Below are positions 27,401 to 36,759 of a DNA stretch of 64,000 bases, in pieces (within the stretch, counting starts at the first letter, position 1; each line of letters opens with the position of its first letter). Source of the DNA: Phoronis australis. Its lineage: Eukaryota; Animalia; Phoronida. A program made the translations under genes and the position numbers. Under the pieces are notes generated by a model that had not been told where the DNA came from, ran no database searches, and saw nothing but the letters and a program-made list of their open reading frames with translations. Location: assembly GCA_002633005.1 (NCBI GenBank), contig NMRA01000324.1, positions 130,052-194,051 of the forward strand, in the 5' to 3' direction.

Positions 27401-30400
27401 TGGCCCTCTAACTTTGTGACCATAGATCAACTCAAACGGTGTAAAACCACCTATGCTATCAACAGGCACATCCCTAAGCTATCAACAGGCACATCCCTAA
27501 GCTATCAACAGGCACATCCCTAAGCTATCAACAGGCACATCCCTATGCTATCTACAGGCACATCCCTATGCTATCAACAGGCACATCCCTATATGCAAAC
27601 AATAAGAGCTTAATGAATCTATCCCATTCTTTGGGTTGGTTGTCGTCTACTATGCGCTTCAACATCTGCTTAAGAATACCATTATATAGAATACCATTAT
27701 ATAGTATACCATTATTTAGTATACCATCATATAGTATACCATTATATAGTATACCATTATATAGTATACCATTATATAGTATACCATTATATAGTATACC
27801 ATTATATCGCTCACAAAGACCATTGCATTGCGCATGGTAAGGAGACGAATTGAATGCCTTGATCGATAATAACCTGTGTACTTCTCTCATCATTTCAGAA
27901 TTAAACTGAGACCCTTGGTCACTAAGAATCTCATTAGGAATTCCTACATCAGAGTACATACCAACCATGGCGTCTGCCACAGACTCAGTGTCAATTTTAG
28001 CTAATGGCACTGCAAGAGGATAACGAGTGGCTACATCTACCATAGTTAATATCCAACGGTGTCCCCTACTATATACAGGTGATAACGGTCCAACTAAATC
28101 CACAGTTACTCTATGAAATGGAGTCGTAATAACAGGCATCTTGCCTAATGGTGCCTTAGGAATCTTACCCTTAGGTACTGTACGTTGACATACGTCATAT
28201 GACTTACAAAACCCACTAACATCATCGCAAATCCCTGGCCAATAAAAATCTGACTGGATTCTGTCCAGCGTCTTACCAATACCCATATGACCAGCCAAGA
28301 TCGAATCATGCGCTAATCGCAGAACAGTACCGATTAAATCCGATTCCTGACACATGTTTAAAACAGTATGTGGAAACATTTTACTAAAAAAAGAATGTGA
28401 CGTTCATATCAGAGATGTCAATGTGTTGGTAAAGCGAGTCACATTTGTATAATACAAGGTCTTGACAATCAAGCCTATAGCTTGCACAGCATTCATAGTC
28501 CATACACTTATAATGTTTTTCTGAATTCGATGTCAAAACTAGGTACATACAAAACTCTACACGGCTGGAATTCTTGCAGAAACTGCAAAACATTTGAGAC
28601 CACAGCTTCGTCCACCATCTTGTATATGTGATTAGGTAGAGTGAACAAACAGATTCACATGTTTCCAATTACTTGGACGGGAGAGCAATGCGCGTTGAAA
28701 CCAATATTTCAACTGAAAATCAAGATATCGACTGTAACTATGCTACTTTCATGATTGTCACAAATTAATTTTTCCTGTTAAAAACACCTACTCTCAAGTT
28801 TGGAGTGAATTGTAAAATTGCCGATGTCGGATGTTGTAGGCAAAAATCCAGTAGGTCCAACATTCATTGTACGCGCATAAGCATTTCGTTGAATGGGCCG
28901 CGATATCACCACGACCTAGATCTGGATTATTTGTTGCACAAGCATCTGAGTCAACATCTGTATCTCAACATCTCTCTTGACAGTCTTTTGAGGCTTTTGA
29001 GAGGCGGAAGACATGATTAAATATGTAGAATGCACATGTGAACCATGATGGAAACCAGATGACACTGGCTGTGCACAATCCCGGCCCAGAAACCGCAAAC
29101 ATCGCACACTGTCGCTAATGCGAAGAGTTGTGAACGGCACCACAGTTTTTCACAGGGTGAAACCATAAATATTGGACAAGCCAACAAAACCCTTGTAAGG
29201 TCAATGCGAAGAGCTCATTTTAAATTGGCTAGTGACAATGAGAAATACGCCAAAGCTAACCAATAGTATTCGTTTAAGTGAAAAATGCACAAGCAACAAC
29301 CAATAAGAGTCCTCACATCATCTGCATTTAAAAGTATGTTGGGTTACCATAAGTCCAATCAGTGTTGCGGGGTGCACTCAATATTTAAAAATGAGCAGTA
29401 AATTTCTTATTTCTGAAATGACTGATGGCCGTCACTTGAATGATGGCAGACCACCCTATTATATTGAGAAAGTGGTCATCATTTCAAGCAACTTTTAAAT
29501 TTTTAACCTTATTTTTTAATTCTGACCATCCCGTTTAACCCGTCTGAAATAAATTTCTGTCCATCCAAAAGACGGCTGCTGTATAACCCCTTGTGTGAAC
29601 TGTGGCAGTGCATCTGTGTTCATTTAAGGACATTGCACTCCTTGCGTGAACTACGGCAGTGCATCTGCGTTCATTTAAGGACAATCCAGGCTGAGCATTG
29701 GGAATGAAAAGTATTTTTCACTTCTTATTATAAGTATTCACTTCTTATATGTATTAATTTTGTATATTGCTTTAAGAGGGAAAATTTTACTGAACAGGCT
29801 ACTCATTATAAATACAGATACAATCAATCAACATTTGTCAAATATAAATTACTTTGGATTTCTGCATTTTAGATAACTTAAGTCAACAAATTTATCAACT
29901 GATAGGGTTATTAAACCAAATTACATTTGAAATGGAATGTCGTAACAAATTGTTAAGTTTTATGCAGATTCAAAGTATAATATAGTAACACAATAACAAA
30001 ATCAGTGTTGATTCTCCATAATAGAGCATGCCTGCTTTCTAGCCTTTGAGAGCACACATTGCACAGCTGCTCAGTATACACTACAGCGTCACATACACTC
30101 AACATTACCTGGGCTGTCTGTCTCAGTAACACATATTGTATGTCACATACACTCAACATTACCTGGGCTGTCTGTCTCAGTAACACATATTGTATGTCAC
30201 ATTCACTCAACATTACCTGGGCTGTCTGTCTCAGTAACACATATTGTATGTCACATACACTCAACATTACCTGGGCTGTCTGTCTCAGTAACACATATTG
30301 TATGTCACATTCACTCAACATTACCTGGGCTGTCTGTCTCAGTAACACATATTGTATGTCACATACACTCAACATTACCTGGGCTGTCTGTCTCAGTAAC

Positions 30401-33400
30401 ACATATTGTATGTCACATTCACTCAACATTACCTGGGCTGTCTGTCTCAGTAACACATATTGTATGTCACATACACTCAACATTACCTGGGCTGTCTGTC
30501 TCAGTAACACATATTGTATGTCACATTCACTCAACATTACCTGGGCTGTCGGTCTCAGTAACACATATTGTATGTCACATACACTCAACATTACCTGGGC
30601 TGTCTGTCTCAGTAACACATATTGTATGTCACATTCACTCAACATTACCTGGGCTGTCGGTCTCAGTAACACATATTGTATGTCACATGACCCATCAACA
30701 TTACCTGGGCTGTCTGTCTCAGTAACACATATTGTATGTCACATTCACTCAACATTACCTGGGCTGTCTGTCTCAGTAACACATATTGTATGTCACATAC
30801 ACTCAACATTACCTGGGCTGTCTGTCTCAGTAACACATATTGTATGTCACATTCACTCAACATTACCTGGGCTGTCTGTCTCAGTAACACATATTGTATG
30901 TCACATGACCCATTGGTGCTCCTCCTAAAATCCCGCACCTGAACTATGACACAGCCGCTGTAGAACAAGTCTGCCTGAAACAGCCAATCAGATAAATCAA
31001 CAAGCTTTATCTGTATTTCATAGTTCACAACAAGACAAAGCAGTGAAGAAATTACAAACTTAAATAATTCGCCTGTCATTAAACAATAAACGTTTTTCCA
31101 AATAACAACCATAGAAACACTACTGCTTAGGCTAGATTCAACACTCGAATAAGCACAAGTCTTGAATTAGGGGTTAAAATGATTTTCAAAATTAGGAACT
31201 TAATGCCGGGTCTTTAAAAATGTAGGGGTTTGATGAAGCATTGGGAACGCTAACAAATGTGGTGCATGAGATTTTATTAGTATGTTGACAATCACTAGTG
31301 CCTGCTGGTATTTTGTTATAATTGGGACAACATTCAAAGTCTTATAGCATTACAAACTCAGCATGTTTCACGCCACCTTGTACTTTGCGGTACAACAACT
31401 GTGTCATCAATTCTCAATATCACTATTACTGATCTAAGTTCCTTTTGGGTGAAGCAACCGAGACGTTGGGCAGAAATAAACTGCGATATCGTGGACTGAA
31501 TTTTATTGGTGATTTTTTACACTGCATGGCCTTCTGAATTCAAACTCCTCACAAAAATTAGTAAAAAATGATGTAATTGGATTGGGTTTGTCGACATGAG
31601 CGTTTTCAATATATTCATGTCACTGTGTGTTTCCATAGGGTTTTAGCAACGTTTTGAAATGTGGTAGGGAATTAGTGTTCGAGGGAATTAGTGTTCAAGT
31701 GAATTAGTGTTCAAGGGAATTAGTGTTCAATGGAATTAGTGTTCAAGGGAATTAGTGTTCAAGGGAATTAGCGTTCAAGTGAATTAGCGTTCAAGTGAAT
31801 TAGTGTTCAAGTGAATTAGTGTTCAAGTGGTGAACTGACCAAACGACTGTGGAAGCACTAATGAACTAAGATAGACTTTGGATTGGGAAGCAAACGTTGT
31901 CTGGTGTTGAAACTAAATGAGAGATGGTTGCACTGGTTTTTCAGTCCACTGCACAATAAGGGCCAGGTCTCCAGTTCATTGTCAAATAAGTGCTCGAGTG
32001 CTCAATCGAGCCAAGACAGCAGAAACAGTTATTTTCCTATTAAGTAAACCTTATTCTTAATGAGGCTAGTTAATGACTGATACTCTGCACTGTGTATTTT
32101 CCAAGAATGTTACATTACAAGCAGAAAAACACCACCAGTTGGTCAGTTTCAGCTGCTTTAAACATTGCAATGAGATGCAGCCCTGATGCAATACTTAATG
32201 TGACTCGCTGCAGCCCTGGTGCAATACTTAATAAGACTCGCTGCAGCCCTGGTGCAAAACTTAATGTGACTTGCATCCCCATTCTATTTAAATCTACTGT
32301 GGCATCACGTCATTGATTACATGATTGAGCCCTCACGTACGGACGGGAGACAACTGCATATACCCCTAAATTATCACTCAGGTATGACTGGGACACAGTT
32401 GCCTAATAAACACATACCCCTGAACTGTCAATCAGATCCACTAGTACTGGAGGTAGTTCCTCAGTGTCAATAAAGTCCAGTAACTCCGACTCCTGAAACA
32501 AGAACAATGTCTTTATAATATACTAGTCATACCAGTAACGTCCACTATCAGAAACAGTTCAGTTGAACAAAAACGATATAATTTGATATTCTCCATGTAA
32601 ATGGCCCTATTGCACAACATGAGGATAAGCCTGGTGTTCATTTGTAAGCAAAAACAGCAGCTGTCAACTCTCACCTCATATGGTAAGCGCATAGTTTCTG
32701 TCTTGACTCCCGGAGAGCTGTGGAGCGTGACTGTATAGCCGTCACTGCCTGGATACAAGTTCACTGTTAGATAACGTAGGTTCTCTCTCTCAACCAATGT
32801 ATCTAGTAGTTTGGATGTCATGTGCAGACCCTGAAGTATTATAAATCTTTGCTTTACATTCATGTGGATGCCAATACTGTACTTGGCTAGGTAATGGCTT
32901 AAAGTAAATAAGAAACAAATGGTGTTTTATGCATTCTCTACGACCCTTTTCAAATAGAAATGCAACAACACCTATCACACTAGTCAACTCGTGGGACTCT
33001 CAAAATAAGAAAGTCACTACAGTCTGGAACTCCATGAACTGGACTGCACTGGAGGCTGGAATAAGTCTCAGTTAGAAGTGTGGACACGGAGAACAGTGAA
33101 TGTTATAGTTACATTTGACAATACCATAAAAAAGACAAACCTTTTGTGCTGACTGGCTCTTGCATTCTTCAATGTACAAGTCTATCAGTTTTTGGTGTAC
33201 AGATTTCCTTTGGAATAAACCAGAACAGTTACCAAGGTGATTACCAAGGAACATACTGCTCAAGATGACACGAATATATGAAATTTACTTTAAACATAAT
33301 TACAACTCCTGACTGAGATACAGACATAAACATGGTCACTATGAATTTCTTGAAACTATGCTAAAAGTTGGACGTTAGAGAAAATGACAAAGATGAAATA

Positions 33401-36036
33401 AAAACCAATAGAGATTTAGCATCATTATAAGTATTTTGTCAGCAATGTATACACAAGGCTCAGCATTAGCAACTAAAAATTCGAAAATATGAGTAGAAAA
33501 AGTAAAATACGAGTAGAAAATTGACTTCACTCGCATCGCTCCCACTGACCAGCTGTTATGGGTTTTTCTGATCGTCATTTTTCATGAGCACAATCTGGGA
33601 ATGTAAGTGGCAAATGTGCCATCACACGTATCTTCTAAGAGACATTTTCCTGTGTGGAGCACTGTTGAAAATAAGCACGTTTACAAACCTTTTTGAGGAT
33701 GTATCTCTTTCCCACATTGTTTCAGGTCTTTGCTTGGCACACTCAATTAAATACTGCAATAAAACTCATCTACATTTTAGAATAGCACAGACAGGTCAAA
33801 AAATCAAAACCAATCAAGTTAGTTCAGTAATTGGGCCTCTGGCCCATATACAAGTATGAAAGTAACAAATACAAGCACATAACCAACAAAGTGATTGACA
33901 TAACACAGACACTCAAATTAACTATACACGATAAAAACTTGGCGAATGAAATGAGACAAGTTCCACACATTGCAAGACTTCATTTAATTAACAAAGGGAT
34001 CAGCATCAAAGTCGTTAATATTACGACAAATACTAAACTTTCTCCGAAGAACTTCATAAACTGGATACTCTAATAAAACATGTTTTTTATCCTCAACAGT
34101 GTAAGAACAGAGCAGAAATGCTCATCTCTAGCTATACCTAAGGGTCTGCCAGTTTAATTAATGATTTGAACATATTAAGCATGCTAGAGGTGTCATTAAA
34201 TATTTTTTTGTCTAGACATATTGCGTATTCTTATAGAATGAGTCCATTTTTAAACAATTTATAAGAATCTAATTTACTTAGAGATGATATTTCGTCCAAC
34301 CATTGCTGTTTGTCTATATCTATACACCTTTGTTTGAATTCGTGTTCAACTAACTCTTCGTTACCAACTGCTTGACTGACCCTCACAATACCAAACCCAG
34401 TCAAGAAAAGCAGGTTTTTAATGCAGAGGCCCCAGTTTTAATGATTACTTTCCATAAAGACATGCTGACATGAGGAAGGTGTATCTATTCTGAGGCAATT
34501 TCAAGAACTTCAACCAATATTTAATATTCCTAGTAAACCTCCTTGACACCATTGTAGACTTGCCCAGCTCACCCCTGGCTCATCAATTAGGAGTACCTTG
34601 CCCAAGATCAAACACAAATTTACAAAATTGATTTTGAAGAATCTCGACATTTGGGCCACTATGAAAACCTCACACTTCCAAACCACACATATCAAAAGCC
34701 TGGCATATTTTAGTATCAAACAACTCTAACCAAACATTTACAGGAACACTTTAGAATTGTGACATACTTTTTTAACAAAAGAAAGGCTTTTCCAGCTTGA
34801 TCAGCTAAATTTGACTGTTTTGTCCAGACACCTTTAGTAGCAAAATAAGTACCGAGATATTTGTAACTAGCCTCAACATTGATTTGTTCTCTATTAATGA
34901 ACCATTTTTCATAGTTACACAAGTACCCTCCTTTTCTGAATACCACAATTCTGGTTTTTGACATGTTAATAACAAGATTCCAATTTTTACAATACACTTC
35001 GATTTTCTTAATCAGTCGTTGCAATTCAATGGCTGTCTTAGAGAATTCAACCAGATCATCCACAGATAGCATTTAATATAACTTCAATATACCTAATGAC
35101 ACACCAGCATAATTATTGGTCTTCAACTCTCGTTCAAATTTATTTAAATATATCGAGAATAAAAAGGGTGAAAGCTAGCCAGATAAATTGTGGCCAAACA
35201 ATTTCAAATCACATCTCTATGTCCAGTCAAATGCCTTTTTAAAATCAATGAATAAACAATAAAAACGGCCTCTAGTGAACGTCAATTGCTTGTTAATTTG
35301 GGTATGCAAAATAAACACATTGCCTATGGTAGAATAACTTTTTCCGAATCCTGATTGGCTTTGCGATAGGACTTCATTTTCTCTTGTCCATTTGTTCAAG
35401 TGATTACATAGTATCTTAGAAAATATTTTGCCTGCCATGTCAAGTAAAATGATACCACGATAATTATTTGGATCGTTCTTTGACCCATGCTTAAAGAATG
35501 CTGTCATCCTGTGGTAGGCACCAGACTTAAACACATGATTGAACAGATGTAACAATAAGTCTTTCATAAGGGTAGTGGCATACAATACTCAATAGGTGTC
35601 CTGTCGGGACCCACGACCCTAAGTTTCCCCCACTTCATTTGAGTTAGACAACGGTCAATTTCAATTCCATTGTGATTTCACCATTCAAATTAGAATAACT
35701 GCTATCCAGAAATAGATCATCTACCAGAATGCGCTTCTGGCAAACGGGGTAAAAACAGAAGTGCGCGCATTGTTAAAAATGGCCAGTTCGAGTTGGAAGG
35801 AATTAAAGACATCGACGGTCTTCCAAGATGTCCCTTTATGCATAAAATGTACTAATAACTACGTGATTTTGATGTTTTAATCAATGTGAGGCATAATTCG
35901 CCGAAAACCTTCCCGCATATGAAGGCCCTATAGGAGCTTCACTGTCTCTAATGCCAGCAGAGACAGTGGTCACTGTCTAAGTGCTTCAATGGCAGATTAC
36001 CTGAGCATATTCGTCTGCTTTCTTTAATGCATTCAT
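5825..36036 (-). CDS. SUPT20H: SAGA complex subunit SPT20 homolog (SUPT20H/FAM48A), whole gene, 19 coding exons, ~1027 aa
   Basis: Exons with GT-AG boundaries join in phase to 3084 nt. The translation resembles human SUPT20H as I recall it: [90 protein letters not shown], SVDMW, a Q-rich tail and terminal KAKRKRMTPTPP. Confidence 0.93.
6813..6860 (-). CDS. SUPT20H: SUPT20H exon 18 (IAPGQPNIHLFNPARP)
   Basis: ctacag/gtgagt; 48 nt. Confidence 0.65.
8927..9054 (-). CDS. SUPT20H: SUPT20H exon 17 (VTTTTPVITNPQG...RGPLL)
   Basis: tttcag/gtgagt; phase 1 to 0. Confidence 0.75.
10128..10383. repeat. 25-bp minisatellite x10
   Basis: tgtcaatggagatatagacttctct. Confidence 0.95.
10553..10743 (-). mobile_element. 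tRNA-derived SINE
   Basis: On the minus strand: A-box gtggctcagtgg, B-box-like gagtttgaatc, A-rich tail. Confidence 0.5.
11033..11289. repeat. 64-bp minisatellite x4
   Basis: catttggcaatcatttaaagg...cttaatacattgattt. Confidence 0.92.
12809..13015. repeat. 29-bp minisatellite x7
   Basis: caaaatgaacagtgtcagcaggtgatggt. Confidence 0.93.
13047..13745. repeat. Two arrays of the same 18-bp unit (13047-13198 and 13503-13745)
   Basis: caaacagtcaccactgca; source of the spurious TNSHHC/QTVTTA ORFs. Confidence 0.93.
14183..14448. repeat. 45-bp minisatellite x6, just 3' of SUPT20H exon 16
   Basis: gagatcaccaaccaacatgttcataacattggacaatcatcgggt. Confidence 0.93.
14475..14712 (-). CDS. SUPT20H: SUPT20H exon 16 (VMTGGSIAVPVSLS...)
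   Basis: ctgcag/gtaagt; coincides with ORF 14467-14709. Confidence 0.75.
15217..15350 (-). CDS. SUPT20H: SUPT20H exon 15 (GASPQTQ...LPGFQNLQ)
   Basis: catcag/gtattt; phase 1 to 0. Confidence 0.75.
15665..16020 (-). mobile_element. 3' fragment of a non-LTR retrotransposon (C-terminal Cys/His region)
   Basis: RFRCSNHRLMVEVGRH...RTCPSC...DDTYHFICFC...LR motif typical of LINE ORF2 C-termini. Confidence 0.7.
16051..16791. repeat. 32-bp minisatellite, ~23 near-identical copies
   Basis: gtgcatgttcactccttcatgtctattgtgtt. Confidence 0.97.
16882..16974 (-). CDS. SUPT20H: SUPT20H exon 14 (QIQGHASVGG...SVNTA)
   Basis: 93-nt phase 1-1 open exon; tctcag/gtatgg. Confidence 0.7.
17242..17350. repeat. 34-bp tandem repeat x3
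   Basis: gttgcaccataccaggcatacactgcctataatg. Confidence 0.85.
17588..17776 (-). CDS. SUPT20H: SUPT20H exon 13 (QLPLFNQAML...TPTPPP...RRNSL)
   Basis: P/S-rich open frame; ttacag/gtagag; phase 1-1. Confidence 0.75.
18154..18403 (-). CDS. SUPT20H: SUPT20H exon 12 (low-complexity S/Q-rich)
   Basis: Part of ORF 18137-18520; tttcag/gtatgt; phase 0 to 1. Confidence 0.75.
18506..18886. repeat. 31-33 bp minisatellite, ~12 copies
   Basis: cattaaccacaaaccaatgtgaatga(a/c)actc. Confidence 0.92.
19062..19272 (-). CDS. SUPT20H: SUPT20H exon 11 (YIKQFREILTEEGRRQVKITH...)
   Basis: Resembles the Spt20 QF.E...EG..VKI.H motif; ttgtag/gtgagt boundaries. Confidence 0.85.
19466..19659 (-). CDS. SUPT20H: SUPT20H exon 10 (VTKEEYTLE...FPLGTQANVD)
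   Basis: Open frame between cttcag and gtaagt; phases are consistent. Confidence 0.85.
20189..20305 (-). CDS. SUPT20H: SUPT20H exon 9 (SVDMWRQRSP...HDNTP)
   Basis: VDMW motif; 117 nt, phase 0; donor choice slightly uncertain. Confidence 0.8.
22432..22585 (-). CDS. SUPT20H: SUPT20H exon 8 (AVQKYSQAAVNR...LKVGKP)
   Basis: PPELRLHDF motif; tttcag/gtgagt boundaries. Confidence 0.9.
23502..23695 (-). CDS. SUPT20H: SUPT20H exon 7 (SMLADVNKL...NTRPLK)
   Basis: Highly conserved [17 protein letters not shown]; cacag/gtaaaa boundaries. Confidence 0.95.
24108..24845 (-). mobile_element. Candidate LTR
   Basis: On the minus strand it reads TGTTATAA...GTTATTACA with AATAAA ~60 nt before the end, and lies downstream of the Gypsy pol; no target-site duplication seen. 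Confidence 0.4.
25695..28385 (-). mobile_element. Decayed Ty3/Gypsy LTR retrotransposon pol, order INT-RT-RNaseH (Gmr1-like)
   Basis: H2C2 zinc finger (AHD...GHMG...FYWPG...C..C), rve core (VDLVGPL, SDQGSQF, NGLCER), WKGPF, RT (SPLVMVKKKD, MPFG, FVDD), RNase H (TDAS, ERECLA); frameshifts and stops. Confidence 0.9.
30089..30906. repeat. 54-bp minisatellite x15 built from the SUPT20H exon-6/intron-6 junction
   Basis: Unit tcacat(a/t)cactcaacattacctgggctgtctgtctcagtaacacatattgtatg; one 56-bp variant. Confidence 0.95.
30867..30974 (-). CDS. SUPT20H: SUPT20H exon 6 (ADLFYSGCVIVQVRDFRR...YVLLRQTAQ), using the most proximal donor
   Basis: Conserved F.GCVI..RD.R and LLR.T motifs; its 3' end is tandemly amplified. 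Confidence 0.88.
31667..31829. repeat. 16-bp tandem repeat x10
   Basis: gaattagtgttcaag(g/t). Confidence 0.9.
32418..32492 (-). CDS. SUPT20H: SUPT20H exon 5 ([25 protein letters not shown])
   Basis: Conserved ELPP-LVDL motif; tttcag/gtatgt boundaries; 75 nt. Confidence 0.92.
32675..32830 (-). CDS. SUPT20H: SUPT20H exon 4 (GLHMTSKLL...ETMRLPYE)
   Basis: Spt20-domain VNLYPG motif; cttcag/gtgaga boundaries; 156 nt. Confidence 0.92.
33141..33207 (-). CDS. SUPT20H: SUPT20H exon 3 ([23 protein letters not shown])
   Basis: Conserved KSVxQKLxDLYIEEC motif; phase 2 to 0. Confidence 0.9.
33689..33753 (-). CDS. SUPT20H: SUPT20H exon 2 ([21 protein letters not shown])
   Basis: ttattgcag acceptor, AG|gtttgt donor; similar to human YVIESARQRP. 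Confidence 0.85.
33880..35700 (-). mobile_element. 5'-truncated, decayed non-LTR retrotransposon (RTE-X/L2-CR1-like RT)
   Basis: DPNNYRGIILL, SQSGF, FIDFKKAFD, SVDDLV, INMSKTRIVVF, YKYLG motifs in broken ORFs 35217-35585 and 34716-35072. Confidence 0.85.
35780..35979. mobile_element. Half copy (right arm) of the same MITE family
   Basis: gttggaaggaattaaagacatcg...gaggcataattcgccgaaaa...cctataggagct...cactgtcta is homologous to 36566-36756. Confidence 0.6.
36001..36036 (-). CDS. SUPT20H: SUPT20H coding exon 1 (MNALKKADEYAQ); exon begins at acceptor 36069 with 33 nt of 5'UTR
   Basis: tttttgcag acceptor, accATG, CAG|gtaatc donor; phase 0 joins to YLIEC. Confidence 0.8.
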
Positions 36037-36138
36037 GGTAAACAAAAGACATCTACCACCAGGGAAAACCTGCAAAAACGTAGAAGATTAAACAGTATCC
36101 TGTTTTTCAGACAATAAAAATGTTATGTAGCTTAGGAC

Positions 36139-36756
36139 TAGACAGTGAGCACCATCTCTAGTTGGCTCGGTAAAGATAGGACTAGACAGTGACCACCATC
36201 TCCAGCTAGCTCAGTAAAGATAGGACTAGACAGTGACCACCATCTCCAGCTAGCTCAGTAAAGATGATTTAGCTTCTATAGGCACTTCACACACCGGGAG
36301 CTTTTTGGTGAATTATGCCTCAAACCGACTTCAAAGTCACGTTGTTATAAATACTTTATGCGCATAGAGGGGCACCTTAGGAGGCTGCCGATGTCTTTAA
36401 TTCCTTCCAATAGAACAAATACTCCCATTATCAAACTTTTTCTTCCAGCAGTCCCTCGTTCAGTTTCGGTAACTAGCCAGACACTGCGCACGCCAGGGGA
36501 TATGACGTCATACCATCTGCCGCGTGCAGTGCTAAAAATGAAGTTTGATAACGGGAGTATTTTTTTAGTTGGAAGGTATTAAAGATATCGATGGCCTCTA
36601 AGGTGTCCCTCTGTGCGCATAAGGTATTTATAACAATGTGACTTTGATGTTTTAGTCGGTGTGAGGCATATTTCGCCGAAAAGCTTCCTACGTATGAAGC
36701 GCCTATAGGAGCTAGACCGTCTCTACTTAGCCAGCTAAAGACGGTCACTCAGTCTA
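36139..36756. mobile_element. Palindromic (foldback) MITE with TAG...CTA termini
   Basis: 36270-36415 is the reverse complement of ~36566-36715; centre tatgacgtcata; left terminus triplicated (~44 bp). Confidence 0.65.
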
Positions 36757-36759
36757 GGT

